Below, piece after piece: positions 62,751-64,000 of a DNA stretch of 64,000 nt. Each line of letters begins with the position of its first letter. Position 1 is the stretch's first letter. The stretch is from NCBI GenBank assembly GCA_010015585.1, contig ML975156.1. One strand, given 5' to 3'. The translations under genes and the position numbers were made by a program. The notes beneath the pieces are model-generated. The model ran no database searches, was not told the DNA's origin, and was given only the letters and a program-made list of their open reading frames with translations. The stretch comes from Eremomyces bilateralis CBS 781.70. Taxonomy: Eukaryota.

Positions 62751-63617
62751 TTAGATGGTTCGGGGAGACGCCTTAGTGGACAACCCCTCCAAATCATCCA
62801 TGTGGTTGCACATGGCGACGAACAGATCAAAGAACAGCTTGCCACCCATCTCCATCTCCATCTGCATAGTGCCACTACGCTTGAAGGTCTTGCGGCAACG
62901 GATGATCAGTGCTAGGTAGTGAGCGCGCAGGCGCGAGTCGGTGTCCGGCGTGTTCTCGTAGGCGTACCGGGCGCTGCGCAGGATGATGGCGACCTCGATG
63001 CCAGACTGCAGTCCCTGCTTGCGCAGAGCCACTTTCTTGAGCTCGTCGAGGCCGTATCGATGCGCCGCACAGTACACGGCCGTGTCGCGGAGAATGAAGT
63101 CGCCCACGCCGGAATGGAAGATTGTCGGCTCGACGGCCCCGCGACCGCCGGTTTTAAGGTCGAGGTTTTCGCCCTCGAGTAGCCAGGTGTTCCGCCGCTT
63201 GTCGTGGACGAGCCGCGGGTAGTAGTCACCTTTGTACAGGTACTCGAGGATACAGGAGAAAACCTCGGGTTCTTCGTCGGGAAGGAAGATACGTCGAGAG
63301 TTGGGTTCGAAGAACTGGTCCCGACACACCTCGGTGAACCAAGGTGAGTGACTCAGTACGTCTTCGTGAGCGGCGAACAGTCGCTCGTCTCGTCCCACGA
63401 CGATGGTGACGATGGCGCTGGTGAGAGGCGGCGAGGCGCTGGGAGAGTTGTGAGAATGATTCCGTCGGTAGGCAGCAGCGGGACGATCATACCCTCCCTC
63501 CATCGGACTGTCCACCTTCTCGATGATCTTCTTCTTCGCAGTCCCGCTAATCGATCTCTTCGTGGGTTTGGTGATCTTGCCCGAACGATCTTTCGGGGGA
63601 AAAGAGCGTTTGAACAT
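62751..63617 (-). CDS. BTB/POZ-domain protein
   Basis: IVTIVVGRDERLFAAHEDVL, LPDEEPEVFSCILEYLYKGDY, RSARYAYENTPDTDSRLR. Confidence 0.88.
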   Translation of the reverse strand: MFKRSFPPKDRSGKITKPTKRSISGTAKKKIIEKVDSPMEGGYDRPAAAYRRNHSHNSPSASPPLTSAIVTIVVGRDERLFAAHEDVLSHSPWFTEVCRDQFFEPNSRRIFLPDEEPEVFSCILEYLYKGDYYPRLVHDKRRNTWLLEGENLDLKTGGRGAVEPTIFHSGVGDFILRDTAVYCAAHRYGLDELKKVALRKQGLQSGIEVAIILRSARYAYENTPDTDSRLRAHYLALIIRCRKTFKRSGTMQMEMEMGGKLFFDLFVAMCNHMDDLEGLSTKASPRTI

Positions 63618-64000
63618 TTTGAGCGAAGGAGAACGAGTAACGAGCGACGAGAGGGGGGATGCGGAAAGTGAACGAGGAGAGTTAGATTGACGCGATGGAG
63701 GGCATGAATGGAGCTCCGGAAGCCTTCAGAACGTTCCCCCGCAGCGAATCGCGATTCGTCGGACGGAAATCGGCGTTCTGGCGACTCGGCTGGATTCTGC
63801 ACACAGTGTTGTGTGAGAATACCAAGTGGTTTCGGCTGGCTCTAACTTGACTTGCTGGCGTGCGGAGAACAGAAGGCACCGAACGGTGGGGGTCTGGGGT
63901 GGTTTATATACCCTTCCAAACAGGGCTGGGGCGCCTAATCGTCGACTCACCTTTGGTTCCACATCCCCTGCATGGGCGCCAACACATCCCGGGGCCCGGG

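Noticed and set aside
1..64000. CRISPR array, rRNA or secondary-metabolite cluster
   Set aside because: No repeat-spacer array, no rRNA or 5S match and no PKS/NRPS/terpene synthase seen.

Overview
Eukaryotic DNA from a filamentous ascomycete (Pezizomycotina-like; short GT-AG introns with CTRAC-type branch points). I can support 19 intact protein-coding genes: DUF3445 protein, PIG-Y/Eri1-domain protein, Zrg17-type zinc transporter, RINGv E3 ligase, cyclin L, a Cys-rich hypothetical, a cation/H+ antiporter, enoyl-CoA hydratase, RER1, betaine-lipid synthase BTA1, complex I NUXM subunit, Aquarius helicase, an MFS transporter, RPT5, PER1, an OYE-family oxidoreductase, a paraoxonase-like protein, an HPT1/XPT1 phosphoribosyltransferase and an Sfl1-like HSF factor. 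A BTB protein at the right end makes a twentieth. There is one intron-containing tRNA-Ala(UGC). Accessory material: an uninterrupted LINE-like ORF1 at the left edge, a PIF1-helicase (Helitron-like) relic, and BTB and HET pseudogenes with RIP-like stops. The most interesting unexplained signals are a tRNA-like, Pol III-style element at about 19.8 kb with an adjacent structured segment, a multi-helix segment at about 17 kb, a recurrent C-rich to G-rich switch near gene 3' ends, and several splice donors lacking +5G. All were found by eye without folding or homology searches and are hypotheses.
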